Positions 62,925-64,000 of a stretch of DNA of 64,000 bases are shown piece by piece (the stretch's first letter is position 1; each line of letters opens with the position of its first letter). The position numbers and the translations under genes are program-made. The stretch lies in assembly GCA_937773605.1 (NCBI GenBank), contig CALJVP010000006.1, positions 41,993 through 105,992 on the forward strand. The letters run 5' to 3'. Below the pieces are notes generated by a model. That model saw only the letters and a list, made by a program, of their open reading frames with translations, was not told where the DNA came from and did no database searches. The stretch is from an uncultured SAR86 cluster bacterium (lineage in GTDB: Bacteria > Pseudomonadota > Gammaproteobacteria > Magnimaribacterales > Magnimaribacteraceae).

Positions 62925-64000
62925 ATGAACACTGATTTTATAATTTTGGCTGCCGGAAAAGGCACCAGAATGGGCAGCGACCTTCCAAAAGTTCTTAATT
63001 TATTGGGAGGAAAGCCACTGGTTCAGCACTTACTGGACACGGTGTCTGACATTAAGGGTTCCAGAGTGCAGTTAGTGGTGGGGCACAAGCCGGAACTGGT
63101 AAAAAGCAGCTTAGACACAAATAAAAAAACTGACTTTGTTCTGCAAAAGAAACAATTAGGGACGGGTCACGCAGTCAAGCAAACCTTAAAAAATCTTAGG
63201 TCCAATTCAATTTCTCTGGTTTTGTACGGCGACGGGCCGCTGGTAAAAAAACAAACTCTAACAAGGCTGATAGCTTCTGCAGAAAAAGGCAACCTTTCGA
63301 TTCTGACTTATAAACCCACTGATCCGCACGGCTACGGAAGGATTGTTAGAGATAAGAAGGGCCTCGTTGAGAAGATAGTTGAGCAAAAGGATGCATCTTC
63401 AGATGAAAGAAAGATTTCAGAGGTGAATTCGGGGATTTTAGCCATTAAAACAAAATACCTTAAAGACCTTGTAAGAAAGATCTCCAATAAAAACGCAGCC
63501 AAAGAATATTATTTAACTGACATTGTGGAGATCGCAAATCAAGCAGGCATTCCGGTGAAGGCAACAATAGTTTCAGATCACAAACAAGTTCTGGGGGTCA
63601 ATAATCAACAAGAGTTACATGATTTAGAGCGACAGTACCAAGAAGATTTGGCTAGGCAGCTTATCGTCAAAGGTGCTCGTTTGGCAGATTTATCACGCAT
63701 AGACGTAAGAGGTGATTTGTCCGTAGGATCAGGCTCTTTTATTGATATCAATGCCGTCTTTGAGGGAAATAATAAAATAGGTAAGAACGTGACCATAGGC
63801 CCGAACTGTTACATTAGCAACTCCATACTGGCAGATGATGTGAAGGTTCTCGCCAACACGGTTATTGAGGATTCGATCGTAGGAGCCGGATGTGCTTTAG
63901 GTCCTTTTTCAAGAATAAGAGGCGGAACCACAATGGAAAAAGGCTCTGAATTAGGCAATTTTGTTGAGGCCAACAGAAGCCACATTGGCCCTTCATCCAA
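62925..64000 (+). CDS. glmU: Bifunctional UDP-N-acetylglucosamine pyrophosphorylase / glucosamine-1-phosphate N-acetyltransferase, 5' part (runs off the window)
   Basis: Not in the ORF track because no stop lies in the window. My translation starts MNTDFIILAAGKGTRMGSDLPKVL, the GlmU uridyltransferase signature. The frame stays open to base 64000, and hexapeptide-repeat sequence appears near the end. It sits downstream of atpC, as in many Gammaproteobacteria. Confidence 0.9.
   Translation, partial: MNTDFIILAAGKGTRMGSDLPKVLNLLGGKPLVQHLLDTVSDIKGSRVQLVVGHKPELVKSSLDTNKKTDFVLQKKQLGTGHAVKQTLKNLRSNSISLVLYGDGPLVKKQTLTRLIASAEKGNLSILTYKPTDPHGYGRIVRDKKGLVEKIVEQKDASSDERKISEVNSGILAIKTKYLKDLVRKISNKNAAKEYYLTDIVEIANQAGIPVKATIVSDHKQVLGVNNQQELHDLERQYQEDLARQLIVKGARLADLSRIDVRGDLSVGSGSFIDINAVFEGNNKIGKNVTIGPNCYISNSILADDVKVLANTVIEDSIVGAGCALGPFSRIRGGTTMEKGSELGNFVEANRSHIGPSS

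Overview
This window is a densely packed, mostly housekeeping stretch of a Gammaproteobacteria-like chromosome around dnaA. G+C was about 40% in most of the 120-nt stretches I hand-counted. Many genes abut or overlap by 1-14 nt, and Ile-ATA and Arg-AGA/AGG codons are used heavily. The gene order closely follows what I recall for the origin-proximal region of Pseudomonas.

Left to right:
- xerC (3' part) and a yigB-like HAD phosphatase.
- Pseudoazurin, gcdH and tRNA-Arg(CCG).
- A small catabolic-looking block: D-aminoacylase-like amidohydrolase, nitroreductase, acyl-CoA synthetase, carotenoid-cleavage-type dioxygenase and a CitE-like lyase.
- dsbA, cytochrome c4, engB, polA and dsbB.
- pckA, gshA, a quinone oxidoreductase, a Sel1-repeat protein, typA, a saccharopine-dehydrogenase-like protein and two membrane proteins.
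- A complete aa3-type cytochrome c oxidase cluster with assembly genes: sco1, ctaB, ctaA, a SCO-like hypothetical, surf1, DUF2909, coxC, ctaG, coxA, coxB.
- aroE, tsaC, purE, def, fmt, trkA, trkH, lpxL.
- A dimeric-type glycyl-tRNA synthetase, gmhB and plsC.
- gyrB, recF, dnaN, dnaA on the minus strand.
- rpmH, rnpA, yidD, yidC, mnmE, mnmG, rsmG, parA, parB.
- atpBEFHAGDC and the 5' part of glmU.

I found no transposases, phage genes, CRISPR arrays, toxin-antitoxin pairs or recognisable defence systems. I see no convincing evidence for a novel multi-gene system here.

The points worth a second look are modest:
- Single-base frameshifts at G-runs in dsbB and yidC.
- An in-place replacement of glyQ/glyS by an alpha2-type GlyRS.
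- A pseudoazurin with an unusual Cys-containing N-terminal tether.
- A tight operon of carotenoid-cleavage dioxygenase, acyl-CoA ligase and nitroreductase.
- A divergent SCO-like CxxxC protein inside the cox cluster.
- Two competing oriC candidates.
- An abrupt codon-composition change starting at mnmG.
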